A stretch of DNA of 64,000 nt from Scyliorhinus canicula (taxonomy: Eukaryota): contig NC_052158.1 of the NCBI RefSeq assembly GCF_902713615.1, forward strand, positions 2,604,001-2,668,000, given 5' to 3'. The position numbers were made by a program, and so were the translations under genes. Each line of letters begins with the position of its first letter. Positions within the stretch are counted from its first letter, which is position 1. Positions 34,061-48,853 of the stretch are shown here, one piece after another. The notes under the pieces were generated by a model. It was not told where the DNA came from. It did not search any database and saw nothing but the letters and a program-made list of their open reading frames with translations.

Positions 34061-35369
34061 CTATAGCCAACGAGGGATACAAAGATGTCAGTCAATGCCC
34101 CAGCAATTTCCTCCCTCAGTATTCAGGGGTAAATCCCATCTGGCCCAGGAGACGTATCTACCTTAATATCTTAACTACCAGGAGACTTATCTATCTTGCT
34201 ACTGTACCGTCCACCTTATGGACTGACCTGATTAATACTAAGCTCTATGCTCCACCCGATGCCAGTGTCTAGGTATTTACATTGTGTATCTGGTGTTGCC
34301 CAATGATGTATTTTCTTTTCATGTACCAAATGATCTGCTTGAGCTGCACACAGAAAAATACTTTACACTGTACCTCGGTACACGTGACAATAAACAAATC
34401 AAAACGGATCTGAAAATCCTCAACTTCCCTTTCCCGCATTAACCCCAAACCCCTTGATTCCCTTACTGATTAAAAGTCTGCCACCACATTGTGAGTCTGG
34501 AATCACATGCAGGCCCGACTGGTAGCTTTCCTTCCCTAAATGGACATTAGGGAACCAAGATGGGTGTTTACGATTGACAATGGTTCCATGGTCACCATTA
34601 GATAAATTCCAGATTTTTATTGAATTCGAATCTCCATCATTTGCCATGGTGGGGATTTGAACCCGGGTCCCCAGACCATTACCCTGGGACTCTGGATAAC
34701 AAGTGCAGCAATAACGCCACTACTCCTTTTGCCTCGCCACCCCCTCTGAATCTTCTAAATTCAGCGAATAAGGCCTTGGCGACCTAATCCCTCCTCACAT
34801 GACAATGCTGCCATCCCAGGAATCAGCCTGGCGAACCTTCCCTCATCCCCACTATGGTGGTCCAGGTGGCACCTCATCACGCCCATCCATCAAAGAGGCC
34901 GAAGAAAGTTTGCCAAAGGCAAATTCACCCCACAGGGCTGGGGGGGATCCCCAAGGAGTAAACGCTGGAAAATCTGTAGGGAGGGGAAAGAGCTAACGTT
35001 TCGAATCCAGATGGCCCTTTGTCATAGTTACGGTGAAGGAAGAGGCCATTCAGCCCATCGTGTCTGTGCCAGCCAAAGGACAGCCAGCCGATCAATTTAG
35101 TCCCACTTTCAGACACTGGGTCCTTCACAGTGACAATGCAGCAATATGTTTTTCCCACCCCCTCAGGAATAGCTGCGCAGTGCAAGTTTTGCACAGTTCA
35201 GAGGAATTTGCCAAGAGCAGTTTTTGATTCCCCCAATTTATTGACTTTATCAAGGTAGACAGGTGATCAGATGCAAATAATTCCCTTGAGTGGCAGCACA
35301 GGTGGGTCACAAAGAGAGGAGGGACTTCCGGTCTGTCAATCAAACGAGGGACCTCCTCGATAGGCTGGT

Positions 35370-36420
<1,051 letters not shown>

Positions 36421-37379
36421 TCGGCCCCTGAATCCCTGCCACCCCATCCCTTTGCCTTGTCCTCCCTGCAATTCTCCGTTCTTTCAGCGCCTAACTAGTT
36501 TAATTTTTGCTTTGAAAGCCACCGCTGCCCCCCCCCCCCCCCCCCCCATTGAAGCCTTGCAGTCTGGATTGCAATCACTTGCTGGGTTGTTGATCCTTGA
36601 TGGATGGGAGGGGTAGTGGAGGCGTCAGTGGTCTTAGGTGGGGGGGTGGGGTGGAGATGGTCACCGGTGGCCTTGGAGGGGGCATTGGGAGGGGAGGGGT
36701 GGCAGCCTTGGATAGGGGGAGCACCCTTGGATAGGGGGGGGCACTGTAGGTTGGCGCCGGTGACCTTGGATAGATGGGATGGGTGGGGTACTGCTGGAGG
36801 GGGGCATTGTTATTTATTGGGCCTGGGTGAGGTTTGTAGTCTGAAGCAATCGGCAGGGATTTGGTCCTGGATTAGCAACGCGGCGGTGAGTTCAAATTCC
36901 ACTTTGGAAAATTGTGAAATCGAGATCAACGTAGCTTTTATGCAATTTGGGCTCGCGCCAGAGAGTGATCACAGCAGCTGCCAGATTATTGCAAAATCAA
37001 AGATTGGCTTGCATTTTTGCTGCTTTTTCGCAACCTGAGTCTAGCCACTGTTGTAACATGAGAAACGTAGCGGCTAATTTGCTCGCAGCAAGGTCTTGCG
37101 TGCAGTAATATTTGTTGATGGGTAAATAGAGACCCAGAAGTGGGGAGAGCTCTTCTTCAAAACCATTGGATCCTTTTTAGTCTATCTGGATGAGTTGGCA
37201 GGGCCAGTGTCAGTTTAATGTCTCATTTGGAACGCAGTTCCTCAAAACTGCAGCTCTTCCATACTGGGAACTTCAGAGTTTGTTTTGGTATAAATGAGCA
37301 AGTGCTGAACATGTTATATATCCAAAGTTCGGTGACACTTTTGGTAGATGACAGTGGAAAATTACAAAGGGTTATTAAA

Positions 37380-38160
37380 AGATGGGCAAAACTTTGGAAA
37401 TTGATTTTTAAATAAGCACGCGTGAGGTTATCTATTTTGGACCAAAACGAGGATAGATGGTATGAAACTAAATTCAATTGATGTCCAAGGAGACCTGGGG
37501 ATTCAAATGCATTGATCTTTAAAATGCCTTGAACAAATGCAGAAAGTAATCAAAAAGGCTAATGGAATGCTGGCCTTTATATCTAGAGGATTGGGCAATA
37601 AAGCCACAGGTGCTGCAGCTACACAAAACCCCGGTTAGACCCCACTTGGAGTCACTGTGAGCAGTTCTGGGCACCACACCTTCAGAAGGATGTTTTGGCC
37701 TTGGAGGGGAGTGCAACATAGGTCTACTAAAATGGTACTTGGACTACAGGGGTTAAGTTATGAGGAGAGATTATGCAAATTAGACCTGTTTGTGCTAGAA
37801 TTTAGAAGGAGCGTTGATCAGATCAAAGTCTTCAAAGATATTAACAGGGAAAGACAGGGTAGATCCGGGTGAATTGTTTCCACTAGTTGGAGATTCGAGC
37901 ATAGTCTAAAAATTAGGGCCAAACCATTCAGGAGAGATGTTAGGAAGAACTTCTTCACTCAAGGGGTGGTAGTGGTTTGGAACTCTCTCCCACAAACAGC
38001 AGTTGATGCTCGATCAGTTCACTTTAAATCTGAGACAGATTAACGTTTTTGTTAAGCAAAGGTATTGAGGCATATGTGCCAATGGCAGGTTAACAGAATT
38101 AGGCCACAGATCAGCCATGATCTCAATGAATGGTGGAGCAGGCTGGAGGGGCTGAATTCC
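37380..38160 (+). mobile_element. Degenerate CR1-type LINE 3' fragment in TRIM intron 1
   Basis: Motifs LQGLSYEERL, ggaagaacttcttcactcaagggg and a CR1-type 3'UTR. Confidence 0.8.
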
Positions 38161-38914
38161 TAAACCAGCCTGGGTTTGATCATGTAGTGGCTACATTACT
38201 GAGCTGAGAATGAGAGATGACTTGCCACCATGGCAGTTTTGAGGTTTTGCATTTGGCTTTAGAAAACAAAACTGAACATAATATTTTTTTAAAAACAGCG
38301 GTCCAGTAACAGTGACAAATTTGAAAGCTACTAGTGAAGTTTAAGGTGCTGTGTTCATTTGCTCATTGATGTACAAAGTGTATCTGTGGAAACTAACTTG
38401 GTGTTGAACATTAATTGAAAATTGCTTATTGTCACCAGTAGGCTTCAAATGAAGTTACTGTGAAAAGCCCCTAGTCGCCACATTCCGGTGGCTGTGAGGG
38501 GAGGCTGGTACAGGAATACCTGAATGAAGGTATTTGGGAGCCTAAATGTTAAGTGGGAGAGGCGGCATTGATGATGCATAACCTCAGCATCCTAGTAGTA
38601 TTAGGCAAGTGTTGCAAGGCTACCTCATCAAGGTCTGTGATGTCTAAACTGCAGGCTGTGGTTTACATGTGGCCCCTAGCAGCTGGCTCATTACCCGTGT
38701 ATTTCTCCCCTGATCCTGTGGGAATTATGCTTGCCTTGGAATTTGGAGTGGCCGTTTCTTTATACGGTTTCCTCATTCAGTGTCAGTCATGACTCCGTTG
38801 CTGCCACATTCAGCCACACTCGCATCCCCAAAGTACCATCTTTTGGATCTGGTGTTGAATCGAGACCCCCATCTGCCCTCTTGGGTTAACATACAGGCCG
38901 TAGAATGTTCATTA

Positions 38915-40070
38915 AGATCATAATATGTAGGAGCAGAATTTGGTCCATTGAGTACACTCTGTCATTCAGTGAAAGAAGATCTGATGTGATAATCCTCAAC
39001 CCCACTTTCCCGCCTTATCCCCATGACCATCGATTCCCTGACTGATTTAAAAACCTGTCTCCCTCAGTCTTGCACATCGTTTTAAAAAAAAATTTAGAGT
39101 ACCCAATTATTTTTTATTCTTCCAATTAAGGGGCAATTTAGCGTGGCCAATCCACCTAACCTGCACATCTTTGGGTTGTGGGGGTGAGACGCACGCAGAC
39201 ACGGGGAGAATGTGGAAACTCCACGTGGACAGTGACCTGGGGCCAGGATCAATCCCGGGTCCTCGCTGCCGTGAGGCAGCAGTGATAACCACTGCGCCAC
39301 CCTGCCGTCCTTCCTTGAACATACTTAACGACCCAGCCCCGACAGCTTTCTGCAGTAAAGAATTGCACAGATTCATTGCCCTCTCTGAGAAAAAATTCCT
39401 CCTAGTAACCCTCTTAAATAGACAATCCCCTTACTCTTGAGATTATGCCCTCTAGTCCTAGACTCCCACGCGGTAGCACAGTGGTTAGCACTGTTGCTTC
39501 ACAGCGCCAGTGTCTCTGGTTCGATTCCCGGCTTGGGTCACTGTCTGTGCGGAGTCTGCACGTTCTCCCCGTGTCTGCGTGGGTTTCCTCCGGGTGCTCC
39601 GGTTTCCTCCCACAAGTCCCAAAAGACGTGCTGTTAGGTGAATTGGACATTCTGAATTCTCCCTCTGTGACCCGACCAGGCGCCGGAATGTGGCGACTAG
39701 GGGCTTTTCACAGTAACTTAATTGCAGTGTTAATGTAAGCCTACTTATGACAATAATAAACATTATTAAAGGGGAAAGAACCTCTCCACATTGACCCGTT
39801 CAAACTGCCTGAGAATCCGATATGTCTCAATAAGTTTGTCTATCATTTTTCTAAACTCCAATGAGAACAGGCCCAACCTACCCAACCTCTCCTCATAAAG
39901 AAATCCCTCCATACCCCAGATGGACCTAGTGAACCTTCTCTGGATTACCTCCAATGCCAGTATATTTTTCCTTAGCTAACAGGACCAAAACTATTGACGG
40001 TATTCCAGGTGCGGTATGTATAGTTTTAGCCTTCCCTAATTTTACACTCCATTTGGAATAAAGGCCAACA
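38915..40070 (-). mobile_element. CR1-type LINE fragment interrupted by two SINEs (39082-39306 -, 39466-39768 +)
   Basis: EVIQRRFTRSIWGMEGFLYEERLGRLGLFSLEFRKM; LINE sequence resumes across both SINEs. Confidence 0.75.
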
Positions 40071-40438
40071 TTCTATAGGGGAGCACATCTTGTTGTCCTG
40101 GGACAATATTTATGCGTCAGCATCACTAAAACATTGGCAATGCTGTTTGTGAGAGCTTGCTGTCTGCAAATTGGCTGCCTGGTGTTGCACATTTCAAGAA
40201 TTGTGTCATTGTCTGTGAAGTCAGTAGAAGCTTTTTGAATTTGTGAAAGGTCCCGTATAAATGTGGGTCTGTCTTTTAACAAGGTTCCTTGGGATGTGCT
40301 TCACCAGCTCCACAAACGTCAAAGATTTTCAACTCGTGTCCCCATTGCCCTAGCACTCCAGACATCTTTGTTTCTTTCCCCAAATAAAATAAACCCTGAC
40401 AACTGAATTATTGTTCACGTGGTTATCTCTGTTCATAG

Positions 40439-40742
40439 AGGCTGCATCACCAAGCACTGGGAGCAGCAGGGTGAGTTAAGCTGCGCGATTTGCTCCGATG
40501 TCTCTCCGTCGAGTACCTTGAAGAGTAACCGCAAGCTGTCGAACGTGGTGGCGACGGTGTGCAAAGAGCACGCCCGGCTGGAGGAGAATGTACCCAGCCA
40601 GCACACCTGTCCGGAACACCAGCGGAAGATGGAGCGTTTCTGCGTCACTGACTGTGAGGTTATCTGCTTGGACTGCCGGGACTCCAGGAGACACTTGCAT
40701 CACGATGTCCTCAATGTGCAGGAGGCTGCTGAAGAGTTCAAG
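40439..40742 (+). CDS. TRIM exon 2: rest of RING plus B-box2
   Basis: Acceptor catAG, (R)GCITKHW...CAIC...CPEHQRKMERFCVTDCEVICLDCRDSRRHLHH, donor AAG|GTAC; phase matches exon 1. Confidence 0.9.
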
Positions 40743-41299
40743 GTACCAAGTATGACCTCTTCACCTATCCGTAATAGGGTCAGGAGCCAACTGGCCCTGA
40801 CAGATCTCAAACTAAGCGTCACTAAGCAGGCTATTGCTGTACGAATGGCGCTTGATAGCTTTATCAATGGCACCTTTGTCCTTTTCCTTATGTTCGAGAG
40901 TAGACTGATGGGGTTATAAATGGATTTGTCCTGCCTTTCGTGTGCTGTACAGAACCTGTATTGGGGGATATTCTGGGCCACAAAGGTTGTTACAGATTGT
41001 TGTCTCAAATTCTGCTGCTGTTGATGGTCCACGGTGCCTTGTGTATGCCCAGTCCGGATCTGTTCGAAATCTATCCCATTTAGCACGGTGATCGTGCCAG
41101 GCAACACGATGCAAGATGTAAAGGTGGGACTTTGTCCTCACAAGGACTGTGCAGTGGTCTCTCCCATCTGTACTGCCGTGGGCAGATGCATCTGCAACAG
41201 GTAGACTGGTGACACCGCAGTCTCGTAGGTTTGCCCTCTTGTCGGTTTTCTCATCCGCAGACCCCCACCTCCTCCCACAACACCTCAGTCAAAGGCCAA

Positions 41300-42180
41300 T
41301 ACAGCTCAGGAACAGGCCCTTCGGCCCTCTAAGCCTCTACTGGCCATGATACCAACCTTTGCCAAAACCCTCACCACTTCCTTGTGCCGTATCCCTCTAT
41401 ACCCATCCTATCCATGTGTTTGTCAAGATGCCTTTTGAATGCCGTTAATGTATCTGCTTCCACAGCCTCCCCTGGCAACGCGTTCCAGGCACTCACCACC
41501 CTCTGTGTAAAATACCTGCCTCACACATCTCCTCTAAACTTTTCCCCAGGGACCTTAAACCTACGCTTCCTGGTGACTGACCCCTCCACCCTGGGAAAGA
41601 GTGCCTGCCCATCCACAATATTCCAAGTGCGGCCTTACCAAGGTTCTATACAACTGCAGCATGACTTGCCAGTTTTTATACTCGATGCCCCGTCCAATGA
41701 AGGCAAGCATTCTGTCTGCTTTCTTGTCCACTTGTGTTGCCACCTTCAAAGATCTGTGGCCCTGCATGTCCAGGTCTCTCTGACTGTCTATATTCCGAAG
41801 AGTTTTGCTATTTACGGTATATTTCCCCTCTATGTTAGATTTACCAAAATGCATTACTTCACATTTATCTGGATTAAACTCCATTTGCCATTTCTCTGCC
41901 CAAGTCTCCAACCTATCCATGTCCTGCTGTATCCTCTTGACAATCCTCAATCAACACTATCTGCCACTCCACCAACCTTGGTGTCATCCACAAACTTATT
42001 AATCAGACCGGCTACATTTTCCTCCAATCGTTTATGTACACCACAAACAACAGAGGCCCCAGCACCGATCCCAGTGGGACACCGCGAGTCACAATCTTCC
42101 ATTCAGATAAACGCCCTTCTACTGCTACCGTCTGCCTTCTGTGACCGAGCCAGTTATGTATCCATCTTACCACCACATCT
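41300..42180 (-). mobile_element. CR1-type LINE fragment in TRIM intron 2
   Basis: GVPLGSVLGPLLF, WAEKWQMEFNPDKCEVMHFG and [13 protein letters not shown] motifs. Confidence 0.88.
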
Positions 42181-42529
42181 CTGATCATTAGCGCTACTAC
42201 GCCACCCTTGGTGATGGACATTGAAGTCCCCCACCTGGAGCACAATTCTACCCTTGTCACCTTCAGTGCTTCCTCCAAGTGATGTGCAACATGGGAGGAG
42301 TATTGATTCATCAGCTATGGGGGGGACAGTACATGCTAATCAGCAGGAAGTATCCTTGCCCACGTTTCATACAGTGACACGGGTCTTCATGGGGTCCGGA
42401 GTTAATGTTGAGGACTCCCAGGGCAATCCCCCCCCCCCCGGACATTACTTTTTAAAGCTCCTGCTGTAATACCTCGACCTCCATTGTTCCTTCCTGCCCT
42501 CAGTAAACTGATTTAATCCTTTCGCTTAG

Positions 42530-42625
42530 GCACAACTTCAAAAGTCCGTGACCAAACTGCAGACCTTGATTGAAAAGCGCAACATAGCAAAGAGCAAATA
42601 TGAGAGCCTGTTGGAGGAGATCTTG
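42530..42625 (+). CDS. TRIM exon 3 (96-bp coiled-coil exon)
   Basis: ttAG|GCA...TTG|GTAAG, AQLQKSVTKLQTLIEKRNIAKSKYESLLEEIL; the length is typical of TRIM-B30.2 genes. Confidence 0.88.
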
Positions 42626-43159
42626 GTAAGTGCGTTTGCTTTGTAGAGATCTTATCCAGCGTTTTCACTCTGCCCCTCTGTTGCATCTCTGTAAGCGTTG
42701 TTTTAGAATTGTAGCACCTTACCGTGCAGGAGGTGACCATTGTGTGATCCTCTGGTTATCCACCCTTGGGGCCAAGCTTTCCTTTATTGGCTCGATCTGC
42801 GCGACGTTTAGGCTTTAAAACATCATCTGAACAAACCCGAGCACAAGTTGAAACAATGGAGAACTGGTGTATGGGAATTGCTGGATGCACAAAAACCCAT
42901 CGAGCTCCATCGCGGAGTGCAGCAATCAAGTTGTTGGCGAATGATAGCAATCAATTTTTGGCAATTAGCCTATAGCAGACCTAGACGCGAGGAGGAAAAA
43001 TCCGGAACGATGACGTTCTTTGAAAACCATCGGTCAAAGTATCCTCTTCCTTCTCGAGGATGCAACACTTGCCCAATGTCATGTATCAAATTACTCCTAT
43101 GCTCCAAAACAACATTTTCAGTGAATCAAAATCTATTTGCATATGATTTGAGATGGATT

Positions 43160-43745
43160 TGCGCAGCTCGGTGGCGCAGTGGGTTAGCCCTGCTGCCTCA
43201 CGGCGCCGAGGTCCCAGGTTCGATCCCGGCTCTGGGTCACTGTCCGTGTGGAGTTTGCACATTCTCCCCGTGTCTGCGCGGGTTTCACCCCACAACCCAA
43301 AGATGTGCAGGCTAGGTGAATTGACCACGCTAAATTGCCCCTTAATTGGAAAAGAATGAATTGGGTACTCTAAATTTATTTTTAAAAATGATTGAGATAG
43401 ATGCTTATGAAGAAAGATTAGCTTCCTCCAACCAAAAATGGCCCACGCTGTCTTTGCGATAGCAGCCCATCTCTTTCATAAATTAGTTCAGCTTTTAGCT
43501 TCCGTTGTTCTTAGTGGCCATTAATCTTTTTTTTGGCGTACCCAATTAATTTTTTCCAATTAATGGGCACTTTAGCATGGCCAATCCACTTACCCTGCAC
43601 ATCTTTGGGTTGTGGGGGCGAAACCCACGCAGACACGGGGAGAATGTGCAAATTGCACACAGACTGTGACCCAGAGCCGGGATCGAACCTGGGACCTCAG
43701 CGCCGTGAGGCAGCTGTGCTAACCACTGCGCCACCGTGCTGCCCA
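43160..43745. mobile_element. Inverted pair of short HE1-like SINEs (43160-43385 +, 43525-43745 -)
   Basis: Two copies of the same subfamily tail-to-tail, about 140 bp apart. Confidence 0.8.
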
Positions 43746-44511
43746 AGTGGCCATTAATCTTAATCTTTGTTTATTATTATTGTTGTCACAAGTAGGTTTT
43801 CATTAACACCGCAATGAAGTGACTGTGAAAATGAGTGTCATGAGGAAGGAGCATTTTGGCCAAGTGAAATCCTGGTCTTTTCCAACCTGCATTTATATAG
43901 TGTCCTCAATGTAGCAGAACGGCCCAAGACATTACACCGAGGTGTTGCCAGACAAATTTGCATTGAAAGGAGGAAGCAGGTCGCCCAGTGTCTGGTCAAA
44001 GAAGTAGAGGCGAAATAAAGGCCAGAGGTTTGGGAGGCTAGAGGCGGAGAAACGCCAAGTTACTTGGCGGTGTTGGCCTGGAGGAGGTGACGGTGGAGGT
44101 ATTAGGGCACGAGGATGGGAATTTTTCAGCAGTGGTTTGTGTGGGGACTGGAAGTCAACCGATGGGCGAACGAGCGCCCGGTTAAGATGTGGACATCGAG
44201 AGTTTTCGATGAGCTCCACGCTTACGGAGATTGGAAGATGGGATTTCCGCCAGGAGATAATTCAGGGTAACCTAGTCTGCCGTTTTAACAAAATGGTGGG
44301 TTTCGGCCGCAGACGAACAGAGCGGGCGAGAGATGGCTGATTATTACAGAGCTGTGCGTTTACATCCTTGGTAATTGAGGGGAAATGTGCTTGGGAGTCA
44401 GCTTGGAGGGGGTCACATGGACAACAAGGTTGCAAACAGTCCCGTTCAACCTCCTTGAGCGGAATAGAGTCGGTAGCTAGGGAAAGGGAGCTTGTGGATG
44501 GGACCGAGGAC

Positions 44512-44805
44512 AATAGAACATAGAGTGCAGAAGGAGGCCATTCGGCCCATCGAGTCTGCAGTGACCCACTTAAGCCCTCACTTCCACCCTATCCCCGGAA
44601 CCCTCCTAACCTTTTTGGGCACTGAGGGCAATGTACCATGGCCAATCCACCTCGCCTGCACGTCTTTGGACTCTGGGTCCACCTGGAGGAAACCCACCCA
44701 GACACGGGGTAGAACGTGCAGACTCCGCACAGACAGTGACCCAGCGGGGAATCGAACCTGGGACCCTGGCGCTGCGAAGCCACAGTGCTAGCCACTTGTG
44801 CTGCC
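44512..44805 (-). mobile_element. HE1/V-SINE-like element
   Basis: Head, core and tail on the minus strand. Confidence 0.8.
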
Positions 44806-44998
44806 CAATAGGTTTGATCGTCCTTGTATTTAGTTGGAGGGCATTAATAATGACACCAGCTTTGGGGGAATCGATCACAGCTAGGAGTACTTTAGAAATA
44901 AACTGCAGGTGATGTTTTTGGCTCCGAATTGTGTGCGTGCGTGGCTCTTTGTTTTTGAAGCTGAAACTTGCTGACTGCGTTTATTTGCTTGGGCCTAG

Positions 44999-45232
44999 AA
45001 TTCGACCCAGAATATAGTGGACAGCATCAAGAAGAGCTTTGAAGAGCTGCACAGTTTCCTCTACAAGGAGGAGTCTGCTCTGCTCCAGCAACTGAAGGAG
45101 GAGGTGAACCAACAGAGCTCGCAGTTACAGCGCCAGATCGACCAGATCCCCAGGGATTTGTCTTCGCTGGATGCCAACATCAAGGCCATGGAGGAGGAAA
45201 TAAGACAGGAGGACTGCATTTCCTTTCTACTG
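44999..45232 (+). CDS. TRIM exon 4 (234-bp coiled-coil exon)
   Basis: ctAG|AAT...IKKSFEELHSFLYKEESALLQQLKEE...CISFLL|GTAC, phase 0/0. Confidence 0.88.
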
Positions 45233-46758
45233 GTACATCAGTCCCCATTTTATCACCCGCTCTGTGGGAGACTGTATCTCACTGGGTGTCGCTGACCATT
45301 GCAAGCTGTCACCGCAGCCGATGTGCGGCATGCTCTCAGACTGGCCCTATGTCGTACTTGCGTGCTGTTCCGTCAGCGGCAGCCATCTCCTCCCCGTCCC
45401 ACACTTTTTGTTTTAGGCGTGACGCTTGTGGGACAATTGGAAACGAGAGGCTAGCAATGTAGAAGGGTCACTGCAGAATCCAGTCAAGGAATTCAGAGGG
45501 ACTTCTTGACCTGTGTTATGTGCTGCGTGTTCTAAATGATTCTTTGGCTGGATATTCAACTGTGAGGGGCATTGCAGTGGAATCCAGTCCGCTCGTCGGC
45601 GTGGTGAGCAGGAGAGGGGACACAGTCCAGTGCATCCTCCCCCACCTGCAGCTCCAATCCTGTGCGTTTCTTTGCTGTCCCCCAGGTCCTTCTACAGCTT
45701 GGCTGATGTTGCCAAACTCTGGGCAGACTAAGAGGCCAAACCTCCGACCTTCCTGCCACGAATGTCTGCCCCTTACCTGACGAGATGCCACTGGTAGAAG
45801 CTTCTCTGTCTTTATTAAATACAGCCCTGCCGTTTTGAGGTTAAGCTCATCAGGAAAAATTGGAAACAGGCTGTATCCTTTTTTTCAGGGGTCACCGGGA
45901 TCGGGTGGGGATTGGATCTGGGTACGGTGCAGACTCGATGGGCCGAATGGCCTTCTGCACTGTCGGATTCTATGAAAAGAGCAGAGTGGGGGAATGACTT
46001 TAAGATCATGGAGATGATTCCACCTCCGCGGCGATAGCAGAACTAGGCGCCATAAATGTAAAGATAGACATTAATAAATAAATCCAGTAGGGAATTTGCA
46101 GTGGTTAGATTATGGAAATTGTCACTGCCGGGGTGTCTTCAAGCTGCATATCTGTGATGAGTTTAAGGGGTTGGTAGACAAGTCGGTGAGGCAGGGGGAA
46201 CTGGTAGGGTGAGATGAATATTGGGAGTAGTGTCACATGGAGCATTAACACTGGCAGGGTCCTGTGGTAAATACTGTGGGACCAGCCTGCAGGTGGGAGC
46301 TTGTAAAGTGCCGGAACGCACATCCGTTACGACTGCCGAGGCAGGAAGCAGGAGCACGAGTGATTTCACCAGGGAAGCTGGGGAAATTTCCAAAAATAAA
46401 ACTAGAATGGGTAACGGTGTCCACGGAAATGACTGGATTGTCTTGGAACAAAAAAAACCCAGCAGCTTGTTTCAACATCCGTTAGGGAAGCAAACCCCCC
46501 ACCCCCATCATGTCCACCCCACGTGCGAGTCCCAATCGCCAGCAGCGTGCGGCTGATTTTTAACTGTCTTCTGAAACGGGCAAGCAAGCCACTGGCTGGG
46601 GGCGACTTGCCTTGATGCCTACCTTCCATGAATTTATTTAGAAACTTGTTAACGTTATAGATATAAAATTCCTCCACGTGGACTTGACTTTAGCCTTGTG
46701 CAAAAAGAATTGGGTCCTGTGTATTAATGTTCCAATCTACATTTTTTTGTTTTCGCAG

Positions 46759-46781
46759 AATCTGAAAGAAACACAGAAAAG
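46759..46781 (+). CDS. TRIM exon 5 (23-bp micro-exon)
   Basis: Polypyrimidine tract then cgcAG|AATCTGAAAGAAACACAGAAAAG|GTATT; restores phase 2. Confidence 0.85.
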
Positions 46782-46994
46782 GTATTGAATTCTCGCTGGG
46801 TATTACTGCCTGTTAAATCGTTGCAAATCAGTGAGGTTCTCGATTTTTTTTTTTAAATTAGTGTTCGTTTCGATAGTTTTACTGTTTTGCTCTTTGGCCG
46901 TTTGTGCAGATACGTCGTAAAAGCTACCATTGGGGGGGAGGGGGGGGGAGAGCGAGAGACCGGATTGTGTAATGAAGGGGATTCCATAATCATT

Positions 46995-47029
46995 CACCTG
47001 AGGAAGGAGCAGTGCTCCGAAAGCTTGTG
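46995..47029 (+). ncRNA. Minimal type I hammerhead-ribozyme-like motif in a Penelope-type terminal repeat
   Basis: CAC-CTGAGGA-A-GGAGC-AGT-GCTCC-GAAA-GCTT-GTG: CUGAnGA core, 5-bp stem II, GAAA, palindromic AAGCTT, CAC/GTG stem I. Confidence 0.6.
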
Positions 47030-48853
47030 TTTGAAACAAACCTGTTGGACTTTAACCTGGTGTTGTAAGACTTCTTCCCGGGTAAAGCATAGAAGAGTTC
47101 GCCAACTTTTTACCTCCGTTTTGCTGGCTTCTCTTACGATCTCTGAATTTTAGAAGAGGTGGGGAAAATTGGAAAAGGAAACTGGGCTCAGCCACCTTCC
47201 TGTCACTTGCCATTTTGCTCTCGAGCCCACGTGTCTATATTCGGCCTGCTGCAGTGTTCCAGTGAAGCCCAGGGCAGCACCTCCTCTTCCGATTCAGCAC
47301 GTTACAGCACTTGACATTGTGCAATTTAAGACAGTGAACTTTCTCCTCCATCTTGACCCCTTACTTAATCCAATCTGCCCAACTATCTCGCCCTCTTTTG
47401 TTCTTAAATCTTGCTTTCACACAGTATCCACCCTTGCTCTGCTATTAACACGTTCTTCTATCTTACCTTAATGCCGCTATCAGCACCTACTCAGTCTTTC
47501 ACACTCCCTTTGTCTTGTGTCCACTGCATCCTTGTCAAAGCACTCCTGAATTCTCCCCTCTTCCCTGCCTTATTTTGTTGCAGCCACTCTTAAACTGTAT
47601 TCAATCCATTACGTTTCTCCCTTTGGCTCCAAAGAAGTCATATGGGCTCGAAACGTTGGCTCTGTTCTATGCAGTTTTGTTCACCTTATCTAAGAAAGGA
47701 TATACTTGGCGTATCAGGGGAGATTGTGTCGACTGGGCCCGTTTTCACTGGAGTTTCAGAGAATGAGATGTCTCTGAAACGTATCAAATTCTGACGGGGG
47801 GTTGGGGGGGGGGGGCGAGAACAGACTGGATGCAGGGTTGGTGTTTCCTCTGGCCGGGGGGGGGGGGGGTCTAGAACAAGAGGGTCACAGTCTCCGGATA
47901 TACGGGGTGGACAGATGAGGCGAATTCTATGAGTGGTGAACCTGTGGAATTCGCGACCGCAGAAGGCCGCTGAGGCGAAGTCACAGTGGCTAGCACTGTG
48001 GCGTCACAGCAACAGGTTCGATTCCCTCCTGGGTCACTCTCTGCGCAGAGTCTGCACGCTCTCTCCGTGTCTGCGCTGGCTTCCTCCAGGTGCTCCTGTT
48101 TCCAAAGACGTGCGGGTTAGGTGGATTGGCCATGCAAAATTGCCCTTAGTGTCGAAAAAGGTTAGGAGGGGTTAGTGGGTTACGAAAAGGTTAGGAGGGG
48201 TTAGTGGGTTACGGGGATAGGGTGGAAGTGAGGGTTTAAGTGGGTCGGTGCAGACCCGAAGGGCCGAACGGCATCCTTCTGCACTGTATGTTCTAATGTA
48301 CTCCGGAAGGAAATAGATTTCTACCTCTAAAGGTGTTGCATGGGGAGAGCCGCGGGGAGTGTGATGTTGAGATAAAGGATCAGCCATGATATTGAATGAC
48401 AGAACAGGTTTGAAGGGCCGAATGACCTCTTCCTCCTCCTGGTGTCTATGCTTTGCGGTCATTGACGATCAATGAATTGTAATCCAAAAATATTTCTCCC
48501 TACCCCGCTCTGTGGCTCTTTTCCTGATTATTTGAAACCTGCCTCTGCTTATTGACCCACTTGCCAGGGGGGGAATCGTCTTTCTTTGCTCAGTCGATCC
48601 AAATCTCTCGACATCTTGAAATCCTCCATTCAGCCATTCTCTGGCCCAAGGAGAACAGCCCCCTAACTTTTCCGACCTCTCCTCGTAACTCCAGTCCTTC
48701 ATCCCTGTTCACCCCATGGTTGAACAGTGAGCCAACCCGATCAGCTCGACGTACTTTCTGTCGGGTGGGCGGAGTTTTGGGCCTTCGCTGCTGTCGAACC
48801 GGAATAGAAGTGACTCTTAACTTTTTTGTTTCTTTCACCTTTTTTAACTGCAG

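Noticed and set aside
36600-36810. G-rich tract and scattered poly-G/C runs (e.g. 36526-36547, 49016-49039)
   Set aside because: G-quadruplex potential only; such low-complexity runs recur throughout the window with nothing specific to support function.
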